A stretch of 37,474 nucleotides of DNA from contig JBHLNT010000024.1 in NCBI GenBank assembly GCA_048941265.1, positions 1 through 37,474 of the forward strand, written 5' to 3'. The stretch comes from Promethearchaeota archaeon (GTDB lineage Archaea > Asgardarchaeota > Lokiarchaeia > Sigyniarchaeales > SOKP01). The notes under the pieces were generated by a model, which saw nothing but the letters and a program-made list of their open reading frames with translations, was not told the DNA's origin and made no database searches. Every line of letters starts with the position of its first letter. Within the stretch, counting starts at the first letter, position 1. Made by a program: the position numbers and the translations under genes. This document shows, in pieces, positions 18,387-28,656 of this stretch.

Positions 18387-18518
18387 GATGATTATTATAA
18401 ATAAATCGTATTATAAAATTATTATTATAATAATAGTAGATTCATTCTTATTTCAGATAATAATGGAATATAAAATGTTTATAATTTTAATAAATTATTT
18501 AATCTTGAATAAAAAGAA

Positions 18519-20576
18519 ATGACTAAGAAATATATAACATTTTCAAATTTCGATGTATATACCATAGTAAAAGAGTTAGATATAATTTTATCACAGGCTA
18601 AGATATTAAATGTTTATGAAATTGAAGATTTATTGATTTTGAAAATCAATACTAACCACGGTCGCAGAAATCTCATTATAAAAAATGATTCTAGGATAAA
18701 TCTAACTGATTTTGAATATCCTATTCCACAATATCCTTCACAATACATCATATCTATAAGGAAAATGCTAAGAAATAGACGAATCATCCACATCTCTCAA
18801 CACAATTTAGATAGAATTATTATTATTGAGTTAAATAATATTGATGGAGCGTCTTGGAAATTCATTATAGAACTTTTTAATAAGGGAAATTTCCTTCTTA
18901 TAGATGATCAGAAGATCATAAAAGTAGCAAAAAGATATAAAAAATTTAAAGAGAGAAATATATTACCCGGCAAAGAGTATCAATACCCTCAAACAAGAGG
19001 CGAAAATTTCTTAACAATAAATCAAGAAGAGTTTACACGGTTAATTAAAGATTCTGATTCTGAAATAGTAAGGATATTAGCTAGAAACATAAATATATCC
19101 GGTTTATATAGTGAAGAAATTTGTTGTAGAGCGGGAATTGAAAAAAATTCTCCAGGGAACATTTTAACTAATGCAGAAATAGAGGTTCTATTTAAATCAT
19201 TTAAAAATTTAAGAAATCAATTGCTTTTTGGAGAAATTAAAGCTCACCTTGTTAGGTTTGATAATGAAGAAATAGCAGTGCTTCCTTTTGAATTACAAAT
19301 ATTTCAAAAATTTCAAAAACAATATTATAACTCATTTAATGAAGCTGTAGACGAATATTATTCAAGGTTAGATTCCGAAAAGATTAGTACCCCTCAAGAT
19401 TTAAAAATTAATGAACAGCTAAAAGCAAATGAAAAAATTTTACAAAATCAACTTGATTATCTGGAAGAATTAAAATTAAAAAAAGAAAAATATTATCTGT
19501 ATGGTGATTTATTATACAAACACTTCAAATCTTTAGAGAATTTATTACATGTAATAGTTAACGCAAGATCGAAAGGATATTCATGGAGCCAAATAAATGA
19601 TAAATTAGAACAAGCAAAGCTCGATAATGTTGAAGGCTCCAAATTTTTCAAGAAAATAATCCCTGCTACAAAACAGCTTATGATAAATATAAATGATAAT
19701 GAATTTCATTTGGACTTAAAAATTAGTTTAGGAGAAAATGCTAATTTTATATATTCTAAAGGAAAAAAAGCAGATAAGAAAATTAAGGGGACAATTCAGG
19801 CGATTGAAAAGACTAAAGCCAAAATAGAAAAATTAACTAACAAGAAAGAATCAATTGATTTAGACATTAATTATTTAATTAAAAAACCAAAAAAAAAATG
19901 GTATGAAAAATTTAGATGGTTTAAATCATCAGATGGATTTTTAGTAATTGCTGGCAGAGATGCTACTTCAAATGAGATAATTTTCAAAAAATATTTAGAT
20001 TCATATGATGTTGTTTTTCATACAAATTTTCCAGGGTCTCCATTAGCGGTCATAAAAAACCAAAATAAGAAGGATATTCCTAAAACAACAATTCAAGAAG
20101 CGGCAGATTTTACCGCATGTTTTTCTAGAGCATGGAAAGAAACTTGGGGTATAGTTGAAGTTTTTTATGTTAATCCATCTCAAATTTCCAAAAGTCCCCC
20201 TGCAGGTGAATTTTTACCTAAAGGATCATTTATGATTACCGGTAAAAAGAACTTTATTAGGAATGCAAAAACAGAATTGGCAGTAGGATTAGAATTGGTA
20301 AAACTAAAAAGTGCATTAGACGAAGATGGTGATTACTTTTATCCTAAAATTGTCATTGGACCAAAAACCGCAATCGAAACTCATACGGATAAAAAAATTA
20401 TTTTAATTAAACCTTCTAAAACTGGTTTAACGAGTGGGAAATTGGCTAAAGAAATTAAAAAACATTTTATTAATAATGCTAACAATGAAAATAAAAAATA
20501 TATTAAATTATTGTCTTTGGATGATATTATCATAAATCTTCCAGCTGGACCATCAGTGATATTATCAAAAACTTAA
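18519..20576 (+). CDS. rqc2: Ribosome quality-control factor Rqc2/NEMF (NFACT family)
   Basis: HNLDRIIII (DR motif), IIELFNKGN, coiled coil, KWYEKFRWFKSSDGFLVIAGRDATSNE, QISKSPPAGEFLPKGSFMI.GKKN. Confidence 0.92.
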   Translation: MTKKYITFSNFDVYTIVKELDIILSQAKILNVYEIEDLLILKINTNHGRRNLIIKNDSRINLTDFEYPIPQYPSQYIISIRKMLRNRRIIHISQHNLDRIIIIELNNIDGASWKFIIELFNKGNFLLIDDQKIIKVAKRYKKFKERNILPGKEYQYPQTRGENFLTINQEEFTRLIKDSDSEIVRILARNINISGLYSEEICCRAGIEKNSPGNILTNAEIEVLFKSFKNLRNQLLFGEIKAHLVRFDNEEIAVLPFELQIFQKFQKQYYNSFNEAVDEYYSRLDSEKISTPQDLKINEQLKANEKILQNQLDYLEELKLKKEKYYLYGDLLYKHFKSLENLLHVIVNARSKGYSWSQINDKLEQAKLDNVEGSKFFKKIIPATKQLMININDNEFHLDLKISLGENANFIYSKGKKADKKIKGTIQAIEKTKAKIEKLTNKKESIDLDINYLIKKPKKKWYEKFRWFKSSDGFLVIAGRDATSNEIIFKKYLDSYDVVFHTNFPGSPLAVIKNQNKKDIPKTTIQEAADFTACFSRAWKETWGIVEVFYVNPSQISKSPPAGEFLPKGSFMITGKKNFIRNAKTELAVGLELVKLKSALDEDGDYFYPKIVIGPKTAIETHTDKKIILIKPSKTGLTSGKLAKEIKKHFINNANNENKKYIKLLSLDDIIINLPAGPSVILSKT

Positions 20577-21316
20577 ATTTTTTTTAACCATTGTTTAATA
20601 ATGGGAATATTTTTATAATTATCAAATAAAATACCATCAAGTCCCATTTTAATTAATTCTTTAATTTTTTCTAACGGATTTGAATAACCAATAAAATCCC
20701 AAGATAATATCGATATACTGTTCTTTTGGCAGATATTTATGAATCTTGAGTTTATTAAACCTGATCTTAAGCTAATAATATCAAAATTATAATTGATTTT
20801 TTTCTTTTTATACCCCAACTTCAATAATTCTGGTAATGTCAAACCAATTCCTTTTGTAATATTAAAACAAGTTTTAGTTTCTGGATAACTTTTTTTAATT
20901 AAATTTATTTCACTTAAAATTCTTCCACTAAAGATACAATCTTTAATTAAATCCATATCATTAATAATACGCATTGTATGGTTTCTCAGATTTGCTTCTT
21001 TTAATTCAATTATGAATTTAATTTTCCCTTTAAAGCTTTCTAAAACATCTGATAGGAGTGGAATGGTTTCATTATTCATTTTTGTTTTATATTTACTAAT
21101 TTCATCATAAGTAAGATTTTTTATTAAACCTGTTCCTTTTGTTGTTCTGTCAAGAGAAGCATCATGAATTATTACTAGTTTATCATCCTTTGTTTTACGA
21201 ACATCAAATTCAATATAGTCTGCTCCGTATTTTAAAGCTTTATTAAATGCACATTTTGTATTTTCATCTAAGATTCGTGTACCTCTATGACCTATACATA
21301 TGAAACTTCGATTCAT
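20573..21316 (-). CDS. Glycerophosphodiester phosphodiesterase
   Basis: IGHRG, ENT..AF, IEFDVRKTKD, IHD.SLDRTT, IIELK. Confidence 0.92.
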   Translation of the reverse strand: MNRSFICIGHRGTRILDENTKCAFNKALKYGADYIEFDVRKTKDDKLVIIHDASLDRTTKGTGLIKNLTYDEISKYKTKMNNETIPLLSDVLESFKGKIKFIIELKEANLRNHTMRIINDMDLIKDCIFSGRILSEINLIKKSYPETKTCFNITKGIGLTLPELLKLGYKKKKINYNFDIISLRSGLINSRFINICQKNSISILSWDFIGYSNPLEKIKELIKMGLDGILFDNYKNIPIIKQWLKKI

Positions 21317-21352
21317 TTTAATATTAGAACGATTTAAAAAATAATTTTTCTC

Positions 21353-21775
21353 TTAAATTTTGCTTTCTTGAATTAAATATAAGTAGATTAATAATAAACC
21401 AAGGCCAATTAGGGTAAAAATAAATACATATAGATTTTTCATGGTTTGCACTAAAGACAATCCGACTAGTAATAAAATTTCTTTTAGTCCAACAGGTTTC
21501 CCGGTTAATTCTTTATAATTTCCAAGGCTAATCGTCATGAAAAGAAAGCTTAATAAAATGAGACTTACTTTAATTGATACATCTAAAATGTCCCAATAAA
21601 TTCCACGATTCATAAAATACTTAATATATTCTGTGTTTAAAAAAAGTGATAATGTTAAAAATATCCCGGCCAAAATAGCTGAATTCTTTAAAGATTTTAA
21701 GATGCTACTCTCATCACTTTCAGAAATTCTTTTCGATTTCAAAGACCTTTTTGATTTTTTTTTAAATTTTGGCAT
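21353..21775 (-). CDS. Hypothetical membrane protein (about 4 TM)
   Basis: Hydrophobic segments; start overlaps the upstream stop (TAATG). Confidence 0.7.
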   Translation of the reverse strand: MPKFKKKSKRSLKSKRISESDESSILKSLKNSAILAGIFLTLSLFLNTEYIKYFMNRGIYWDILDVSIKVSLILLSFLFMTISLGNYKELTGKPVGLKEILLLVGLSLVQTMKNLYVFIFTLIGLGLLLIYLYLIQESKI

Positions 21776-22602
21776 TATTCTTTTATCCGACCTATTTTTT
21801 TCTTTATTATTAACACTTTATAGATATACAATCCATATAATGCCCCAATAGCCCCAAAAGCGATTATCACTAAGATAAAAACAACTTTTTTCCATAATGG
21901 CATCTCTTTGTGTTTCGGATACTTAATATCTATTAAAACAATACTTGTTTTTTCATTTAGGATATTATTATAATTATCATTTTCTCCATAAACTATCTTG
22001 AAAGCATATGAATCTCCGAACCCTAAATCAACATCTCGATCATCTTCCTCCGATGTATTGATGGGGATCTGAAATTCATAAATCATTTTATTTCCATGTA
22101 AATTTGCAGCACCGTCTCCATTATCCTCACTATCTCTAAAAAATATACCATTTATTAAATAAAAATCTCTATACCTATAATCCTCGTTAGGACCTCCTAG
22201 ATCATAAAATTGAACTAGTTTTGCATCATAAAAAGATGAATTACTTTCAGAATCACTTTCTGATATGATAATCGCTATAAACTCATTTGGGGAATGATTT
22301 TCTAGCTCAAACTGAATTGAAATATACAGGTTAGATTCATTTTGCATAACCCAGATTTCTGTAAGTATTCCTTTATCATCTGGATTTGTAGACTTTTTAG
22401 ATATTAATTGTATCTCTTCTTTTGTGGCATTTTCCCATTCTTTCTTGGATCTTTCAATATCGCCATCAATTACAGGAGCATATCCAAAATCGGGTTCAAT
22501 TTCTTCTGCCGCAGCATTCGCATTTATTATCACAAAATTCGCAAATAAAAACAAGAAAACAATATAAGTAATTGTTAATATGAAGACTTTTTGCTTTTTC
22601 AT
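21775..22602 (-). CDS. Secreted, C-terminally anchored protein with CBM9/DOMON-like domain
   Basis: Signal peptide ending ANA-A, APVIDGDI...EW, NLYISI, IYEFQIP; acidic; C-terminal TM followed by basic tail. Confidence 0.65.
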   Translation of the reverse strand: MKKQKVFILTITYIVFLFLFANFVIINANAAAEEIEPDFGYAPVIDGDIERSKKEWENATKEEIQLISKKSTNPDDKGILTEIWVMQNESNLYISIQFELENHSPNEFIAIIISESDSESNSSFYDAKLVQFYDLGGPNEDYRYRDFYLINGIFFRDSEDNGDGAANLHGNKMIYEFQIPINTSEEDDRDVDLGFGDSYAFKIVYGENDNYNNILNEKTSIVLIDIKYPKHKEMPLWKKVVFILVIIAFGAIGALYGLYIYKVLIIKKKIGRIKE

Positions 22603-22847
22603 GATAAAAGACCAATAAAATTTTAAAAATTTCTTATTTACATAATTTGACTTTAGAATTGATAATTTAATTTTAATTTAAAATTTTGTTATTAGATTTT
22701 GTTTAATTCAGTGGATAGAGAAATATTTATTTATTTGAATTATCTCAAAAAAAAGCAATTTTAAAATTTCTTTCTCGCGAGGATGGTGACTTTAACTTAA
22801 TAAATAATTTAAATCTCCAATTTTAAAATAAGGAAAGTTTCAGATGT

Positions 22848-23297
22848 TCAATGAAGATAATTTGGAAGTAAAATTATTACTTCAAATTTATTCAAATATG
22901 TAATAATATAATTTATAATTTGTTTAATCTCTCGTTTAGCTTCTGAATTAACTTGATTATATTCTACGAATGGTTTTGGTCCAACCGCAATAAGATGGCC
23001 TGATAAATCTTTTTCTCTTTTTATAAAAAGCCAAAACTTTTTTCCTTTTTCAGTATCTTTTATAAGAATAAGTATCCACGGATTTAAAGTCCAGTCAATT
23101 TCATCTGGACTGATTACTTTCTCAATGGCACTTTGTGTGAAATATTTTTTTGTCATATTAATAACTTTTATTAGTTTATTAAAATAACTCCTCTTAATCT
23201 TTAGATATCCTCCGAAATAGGATTTCGCATCGAATAATTCTAACTCTTTTTCGGAATTTAATTTGTCAAATTTTAAAAAGACTTTCCAAGGTTTCAT
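22848..23297 (-). CDS. Hypothetical protein
   Basis: 149-aa ATG ORF, co-oriented in the RNase P gene run. Confidence 0.75.
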   Translation of the reverse strand: MKPWKVFLKFDKLNSEKELELFDAKSYFGGYLKIKRSYFNKLIKVINMTKKYFTQSAIEKVISPDEIDWTLNPWILILIKDTEKGKKFWLFIKREKDLSGHLIAVGPKPFVEYNQVNSEAKREIKQIINYIITYLNKFEVIILLPNYLH

Positions 23298-23309
23298 TTT
23301 TGTTATTTT

Positions 23310-23747
23310 CTACGAATTGTTAAGACTGATTTCTTCAATTTTAATTTCTTTAAATATATTTTTTATTTTATCTAAAGAGGTTTTTAAATCTTTAGATTTC
23401 GCATCGGATAAATTGAGATTTAAATAACATTCATAAAATAATTGTTTGTGTTTCATTAAAAAACCACTACTATGGATAATCTCGTATCTTTTGAGAATTT
23501 TTGATAAAATATGAATCACCTGATCAGAGACTTTTTGCCCAGATAAACTTAATTTTATTATTTTTTTCCTGTATACGGGATATATAGTCAACTTCGCACA
23601 ATCTTTACTTGTGGATTGAATGATTAATAAAAACGGACTTTTTTTTAATCCAACCATGCTCGGGATAAGGATATTTAAGCTTATCTTTGACACATCAGTA
23701 TTTTCTCTACGTTGAATATATGCCTTAGTTAGGGATCTATCTCTCAT
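23310..23747 (-). CDS. Hypothetical protein, possible AbrB-like N-terminus plus ACT-like domain
   Basis: C-terminal beta-alpha-beta-beta-alpha-beta pattern (IIKLSLSG...ILSKILK.YEIIHSSG...FYECYL...EIKIEEI); overlaps pop5 end. Confidence 0.5.
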   Translation of the reverse strand: MRDRSLTKAYIQRRENTDVSKISLNILIPSMVGLKKSPFLLIIQSTSKDCAKLTIYPVYRKKIIKLSLSGQKVSDQVIHILSKILKRYEIIHSSGFLMKHKQLFYECYLNLNLSDAKSKDLKTSLDKIKNIFKEIKIEEISLNNS

Positions 23748-24093
23748 TTTTATCTATTAATTCTTTATTTTTTAAATTTTTAACATTTTTTATGGCTTTA
23801 ATAGTTCCAGAAGTTTTAATAGGTGAAAATATTAATTTTTTCCCTTTTATCTCCTTTATTAATGTTAATGCAGTTAATATAATTTCCTTTGTACTATTTG
23901 AACATCTGATAATGCCATAATTTTCTCCTAACTCTAATAACCATAAACCTGTTTTATTAGCTTCTCTCATACCAAAGTATCTCCAAATAGATTGCCAAAT
24001 AGATTTTAATATTTCTTGCTGGTCAATTTGAAAATCCTCCTCCTTTAAAATTTGGAAAAGAATATATCTCTGTTTCTCTATTTTTACCATCAT
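23737..24093 (-). CDS. rnp2: RNase P protein Pop5/Rpp14
   Basis: KQRYILF, GIIRCS, TSGTIKAIK motifs; follows Rpp30. Confidence 0.92.
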   Translation of the reverse strand: MMVKIEKQRYILFQILKEEDFQIDQQEILKSIWQSIWRYFGMREANKTGLWLLELGENYGIIRCSNSTKEIILTALTLIKEIKGKKLIFSPIKTSGTIKAIKNVKNLKNKELIDKNER

Positions 24094-24815
24094 ACCCCTC
24101 CATTTCTAATTAACCTAACTCCATTTTCTAGAATAGAGCGATCTTGTCTTTTTTCAATTCTTTTTAACAATCTTAAGGGATTCTCTTTAAAAACTCTTTT
24201 TACTTCACTTAATGGAATATCTAATAAAGTATAACAGATACTTATTAATGCTCTTGGGTGTCTAATATCAAATATTTCATTAAAATCTCCGCTGAGAATA
24301 TAATTGGCTTTCAAATTTCTAACTTTATGAATATATCGGTATAAATTTCTAAAATTTTTTGATTGGATTGACCTATTATTTACCATAATAGGAGATAAAG
24401 AAAATTCTATGAATGAATTATTTTGTTTGGCCAAGGATATTACTCCATTAGTGAGGGTTTTAATTATCTCTGGTTGAGAAAAGGATATTAAATCTATTCG
24501 AGAATCTCTTGCCGCATGAATTTGTATCTCTTTATTTGAAGTTTCCACTGATAAAATCTCGTTTTTAGTATTAAATCTTTTAATTTCTTTTTTAAAATCT
24601 CCTAAGTTTTCTGGTTTTAAATTATATCTATAGTAAATATTTATTTTTGTAATTTTTTTGATAAATGCTTTAATTTTCAAAGAGATCTTTTGGGAAATGT
24701 CTTTAGGTTCTAAAATTAGATTTCTTAAACCAAGCCTCTCACAAAGCTCTAATTTTTTCTTTATTTCGTCGAGATCATCAAAATTCACTCTTAACCTTGA
24801 TTCAAAATATGACAA
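24090..24815 (-). CDS. rnp3: RNase P protein Rpp30
   Basis: AARDSRIDLIS, LAKQNNSFIEFSLSP, YILSGD...DIRHP, ENP...GVRLI; adjacent to pop5. Confidence 0.9.
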   Translation of the reverse strand: MSYFESRLRVNFDDLDEIKKKLELCERLGLRNLILEPKDISQKISLKIKAFIKKITKINIYYRYNLKPENLGDFKKEIKRFNTKNEILSVETSNKEIQIHAARDSRIDLISFSQPEIIKTLTNGVISLAKQNNSFIEFSLSPIMVNNRSIQSKNFRNLYRYIHKVRNLKANYILSGDFNEIFDIRHPRALISICYTLLDIPLSEVKRVFKENPLRLLKRIEKRQDRSILENGVRLIRNGGV

Positions 24816-24941
24816 AGCAAAAAAACCATTAAAGAGTCAAATATTATTTATATATTAGCTTTAAGATTTGTAATTACTAATATAATAAAAAAATTTTATT
24901 ATAATTGAATATTTTACAAGTTAAATTTTTGAATATTATAC

Positions 24942-26240
24942 GTGGTACTCTTGGCTAAAAAAAGGACCTTATCAGAAATTACAAAAAGAATTGATAATAG
25001 GACTGCGATCGTTTTAACAGTTCAAGAGTTAATAGATCGTATAGGTGAAGGTGAAAAATTTAAATTTGAGGATATTGATGTCATAACAACCGCAACCAAA
25101 GGTCTTATGAGTGGAATAATGGGGGTATTTTCTTTTAGATTAACACCACCAAAAACCTTGCGTAAATTTACGGAAGTGAGCATCAATGGAATCCAAGCTT
25201 ACCCAGGTCCATGTCCTAATGAATATTTAGGAATTGTAGATCTCATAATTTATGGCACTGCGCAAAGTAAAACACTAAAAAATTACTGTGGGGGTTCACT
25301 TTTCAGAGAACTTGTTGAAGGTAAGATCATAAAAATTATTGGCAGAAGTAGCGAGGGAGAAACTGTCGAAAAGGAATTAACATTAGAAGATATGCAGTTT
25401 GCTAAATTAATGGGAACTAGACAAGCTATAAAAAATTATAATGCCATGATTAATTGTGAATCATATAAAGTTGACACTATTTTCTCCTGCCTTCCTTTCA
25501 AGGCAAATAAAACAGAAATCACTTTTTCAGGATGTGGGGCATTAAACCCTTTTCAAAATGACCCTGAATTTGAAACTTTCGGTGTTGGAACTCCAATATT
25601 AGTCAATGGAAGCAAGGGATATTTAATCGGTCCAGGAACGCGAAATTATGTCGAGAAACCTAACATGATGACGATTGCGAAAATGAATAATATGAAATCA
25701 GAATATATGGGTGCCTTTAAAACCTCTTATGGTTTAGAACCTATCTGTAGTATAGCAGTTCCGATTCCAATCCTAAATGAAAATGTATTTAATAATCTCG
25801 TAAAATCAGACAAAGATGTAAAACTAACGATTTTAAGTCTTGTAGGTCGCGAAAAAGTTGGAGAAGCAACCTACGGAGATGTATGGAATAACAACTTCCT
25901 TATGAAGTTTGATCCTAAAGCTTGTAAAAATTGTGAGGAGTGTAAGATTTTAGACATTTGTCCCACTAACGCATTTATTATTAAAAATAAAGTAATTTCT
26001 GCTATAGACAGGTCTCGTTGTTTTAACTGTGGAACTTGCGTTACATTGTGCTCAGATGCCTTTAAATTAGATTTGAAATCAATAAATTTTGAAGGTCAAG
26101 AAATTCCCATAGTATTAAGACAATCTGACAGATATGGGGCAATAAAGCTTGCGGAAGAGTTAAAATCTATGATTCTAAAAGCAGAATTTCCTCTGATGAC
26201 TCCAACAGGAAAATTAGATTTTGCCGAATTCGTAAAATAG
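24942..26240 (+). CDS. DUF39/homocysteine-biosynthesis-fold protein with 2[4Fe-4S] ferredoxin domain (methanogenesis marker 16-like)
   Basis: DVITTAT.G.MSG, GPCPNE.LG.VD, SGCG.LNPFQNDP, CKNCEEC....CP and CFNCGTC...C, LRQSDR. Confidence 0.78.
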   Translation: MVLLAKKRTLSEITKRIDNRTAIVLTVQELIDRIGEGEKFKFEDIDVITTATKGLMSGIMGVFSFRLTPPKTLRKFTEVSINGIQAYPGPCPNEYLGIVDLIIYGTAQSKTLKNYCGGSLFRELVEGKIIKIIGRSSEGETVEKELTLEDMQFAKLMGTRQAIKNYNAMINCESYKVDTIFSCLPFKANKTEITFSGCGALNPFQNDPEFETFGVGTPILVNGSKGYLIGPGTRNYVEKPNMMTIAKMNNMKSEYMGAFKTSYGLEPICSIAVPIPILNENVFNNLVKSDKDVKLTILSLVGREKVGEATYGDVWNNNFLMKFDPKACKNCEECKILDICPTNAFIIKNKVISAIDRSRCFNCGTCVTLCSDAFKLDLKSINFEGQEIPIVLRQSDRYGAIKLAEELKSMILKAEFPLMTPTGKLDFAEFVK

Positions 26241-26267
26241 AAAAAAAATTAGCTCTTTTTTTTAATT

Positions 26268-26711
26268 ATGTCCATTTTAAAATTAGAAAAATTCGATCAA
26301 ATAGGGATCTTGGTTCGAGATATTGAAAAAGCGGGAAAACTCTATGAAGGACTGTTGCATTTTGCGGCTCCCTTGAATATTGTCGAACAGAGTTCAACGG
26401 TGACATATAAAGAGGAGCAGGTTACATTTAAGATGAGAAAAATAATGCAAAATTTTGGCGGGAAACAATTGGAAATTGTTCAATTAATAGAATCCACTGG
26501 AAATCATTTATATAAAGAGTTCCTTGATGAAGGAAAGGAAGGCCTTCATCACTTAGGGTTTTATACTAAAAACGCAGATAAATTGATAGAACATTTTGAA
26601 AAAGAGTTTGGAATAAATGTCGCTCAAACTGGAAAAGCTGGAAAGGTTAATTTTTATTATTTAGATACGAAGATTACGCTTGGATTTTACCTCGAATTGA
26701 TTGCTTTTTAA
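26268..26711 (+). CDS. VOC/glyoxalase family (methylmalonyl-CoA epimerase-like)
   Basis: DQIGILVRDIEKA, QLEIVQ, EGLHHLGF, YLDT...GFYLELI. Confidence 0.85.
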   Translation: MSILKLEKFDQIGILVRDIEKAGKLYEGLLHFAAPLNIVEQSSTVTYKEEQVTFKMRKIMQNFGGKQLEIVQLIESTGNHLYKEFLDEGKEGLHHLGFYTKNADKLIEHFEKEFGINVAQTGKAGKVNFYYLDTKITLGFYLELIAF

Positions 26712-26794
26712 TTAAAATCCATGATATTAAACATTTCATGAGATATTTTCTCGTTTTAAAAATATTTATTTTTTATTCATAATAACATTTTAAT

Positions 26795-28534
26795 ATGGCA
26801 AAACAAAGTATAAATGGCGGAGATTTAGTGGTCAAGTGCTTATTAAAAGAAGGTGTTACCAAAATTTTCGGACTGGTTGGCGGAGAATTATTAAAGATAT
26901 ATGATGCCATAGAGCGCTGGGGTCGCGAAGAGAATATAGATACTGTTATGGTTAGGCATGAACAAGCAGCTGGTCATGCAGCTGATGCATGGGCTAGAGC
27001 GACAGGAGAGATTGGAGTATGTATGGGAACTGCGGGTCCAGGCGTTGCTCACTTAGTCCCGGCGATAGCAGCTGCGAACGCAGATTCCATCCCTATGTTA
27101 GTGATCGGAGCGCAAATAGCGAGAATGTTCGATGATTCGGGAATTCTTCAGGGAGGACTCGATCAGATGAAATTGATGGAACCAATCACTAAATTACAAG
27201 TATCTGTAGAAGAACCTTATGAGATCCCCCATGCTATTCAGAGATGTATTAGAACCGCTATGTCTGGAAGAAGAGGACCTGTATTTCTAGAATTTAGAGA
27301 AACCTCACTAGTAAGAGAAGCAAGTGCTGAAGATATAAAAAACATATTAGATCCCGGAAAATATAGACCTATTCAACCTCCAGGAGGAAACCCTGCCCTT
27401 ATTAAAAAAGTTGTCGAAATTTTAAAAGATGCGAAAAAACCTATAATCGTCGGGGGTGGTGGAGTTTTAGCATCAGAAGGTTCCGATGATCTGCAGAAAT
27501 TATCGGAAGTTTATATGATTCCAGCGGCTACCTCTATAAATGGACTTGGGGTAATTGGAAAAGATAAAAAGACATATATAGGTTCATATCTAACTGCTAC
27601 AGCATTTAGAACCGCTGCAACTGAAGCTGACGTAGTATTATCATTCGGATGTAAATGGGATTATTCTCTTCTTTATGGATCGCCCCCTGTTTGGAATCAA
27701 CAAATTCAAAAACTTATCCAAGTTGATATTGATCCCAGTGAAATCGGTAAAAATAGACCAGTTGAGATAGGCATTATTGGTGATGCAAAAACGGTAATTA
27801 ATCAATTAATTTCAGAAATGGAAGAATCTTTGCCTAAAGAAAAAATAACTGAATGGTCTGAATGGAATTCATACCTGCAAGCTCTTCATAAAAGTGATGA
27901 AGTTAATGTTCAAAAAATTTTTAAATCTAAAAAATTACCCATGAAACCCCAAAGACTTGCCCTTGAAGTACTTGATTTTTTACCAGAAGATACTCAAATT
28001 ATAGTTGATGGGGGAGATATCGCAGTTTTTACATTTGCATATATTAATCATAAACCACGTCCTCCAAGAAGCACATTTTTTCCATTATCAATGGGCCATT
28101 TAGGAGTCGGAATTCCTTATGCAATTGGTGTTAAAATGGCAAAACCAAATAAACCAGTTGTATGTATTAGTGGAGATGGTAGCTTTATGTTTAATTTACA
28201 GGAATTAGAGACTTTAGTAAGATTGAATCTCCCTGTTATTATAGTTATTGCTAATAATTGTGCCTGGGGAATGATCAAAAGCGTTCAAAAAGGAGTTTTT
28301 AATAAAAGATATTGTGATGTTGATTTACCTCCAACCGATTATTCTCTTATTGCTAAAAGTTTTGGTTGTTATGGAGAGAAAGTTGATAATCCTGAAGATC
28401 TGAGGGCTGCTCTACAACGCGCATTTGATTCAAAGAAACCAGCAGTAATTGATGTTGATATTGCCTTTGAGACACCCCCTTCTATGAATCTTATAAGATT
28501 ATATAAATTAAGCAAAGGATTGCTAGGAAAATAA
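26795..28534 (+). CDS. Thiamine-diphosphate enzyme (acetolactate synthase / 2-hydroxyacyl-CoA lyase family)
   Basis: VRHEQAAGHAADAWARATG, TAGPG, GRRGPVFLE, ThDP motif GDGSF...NNCAWG. Confidence 0.9.
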   Translation: MAKQSINGGDLVVKCLLKEGVTKIFGLVGGELLKIYDAIERWGREENIDTVMVRHEQAAGHAADAWARATGEIGVCMGTAGPGVAHLVPAIAAANADSIPMLVIGAQIARMFDDSGILQGGLDQMKLMEPITKLQVSVEEPYEIPHAIQRCIRTAMSGRRGPVFLEFRETSLVREASAEDIKNILDPGKYRPIQPPGGNPALIKKVVEILKDAKKPIIVGGGGVLASEGSDDLQKLSEVYMIPAATSINGLGVIGKDKKTYIGSYLTATAFRTAATEADVVLSFGCKWDYSLLYGSPPVWNQQIQKLIQVDIDPSEIGKNRPVEIGIIGDAKTVINQLISEMEESLPKEKITEWSEWNSYLQALHKSDEVNVQKIFKSKKLPMKPQRLALEVLDFLPEDTQIIVDGGDIAVFTFAYINHKPRPPRSTFFPLSMGHLGVGIPYAIGVKMAKPNKPVVCISGDGSFMFNLQELETLVRLNLPVIIVIANNCAWGMIKSVQKGVFNKRYCDVDLPPTDYSLIAKSFGCYGEKVDNPEDLRAALQRAFDSKKPAVIDVDIAFETPPSMNLIRLYKLSKGLLGK

Positions 28535-28656
28535 ACATAAACTTAAGTTACACTAAGTACATTAACCCGAATTTTTTTTCATTTTTTGGTTTAATAAAAA
28601 TATTATTTTTTGAGCTAATATTTTTTATTTAATAAAATTAAAAGAGGTAAAAAAAC

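Noticed and set aside
18387-18518. ATTATTATAA repeats and palindrome in the divergent promoter
   Set aside because: Low-complexity AT sequence expected by chance at this composition
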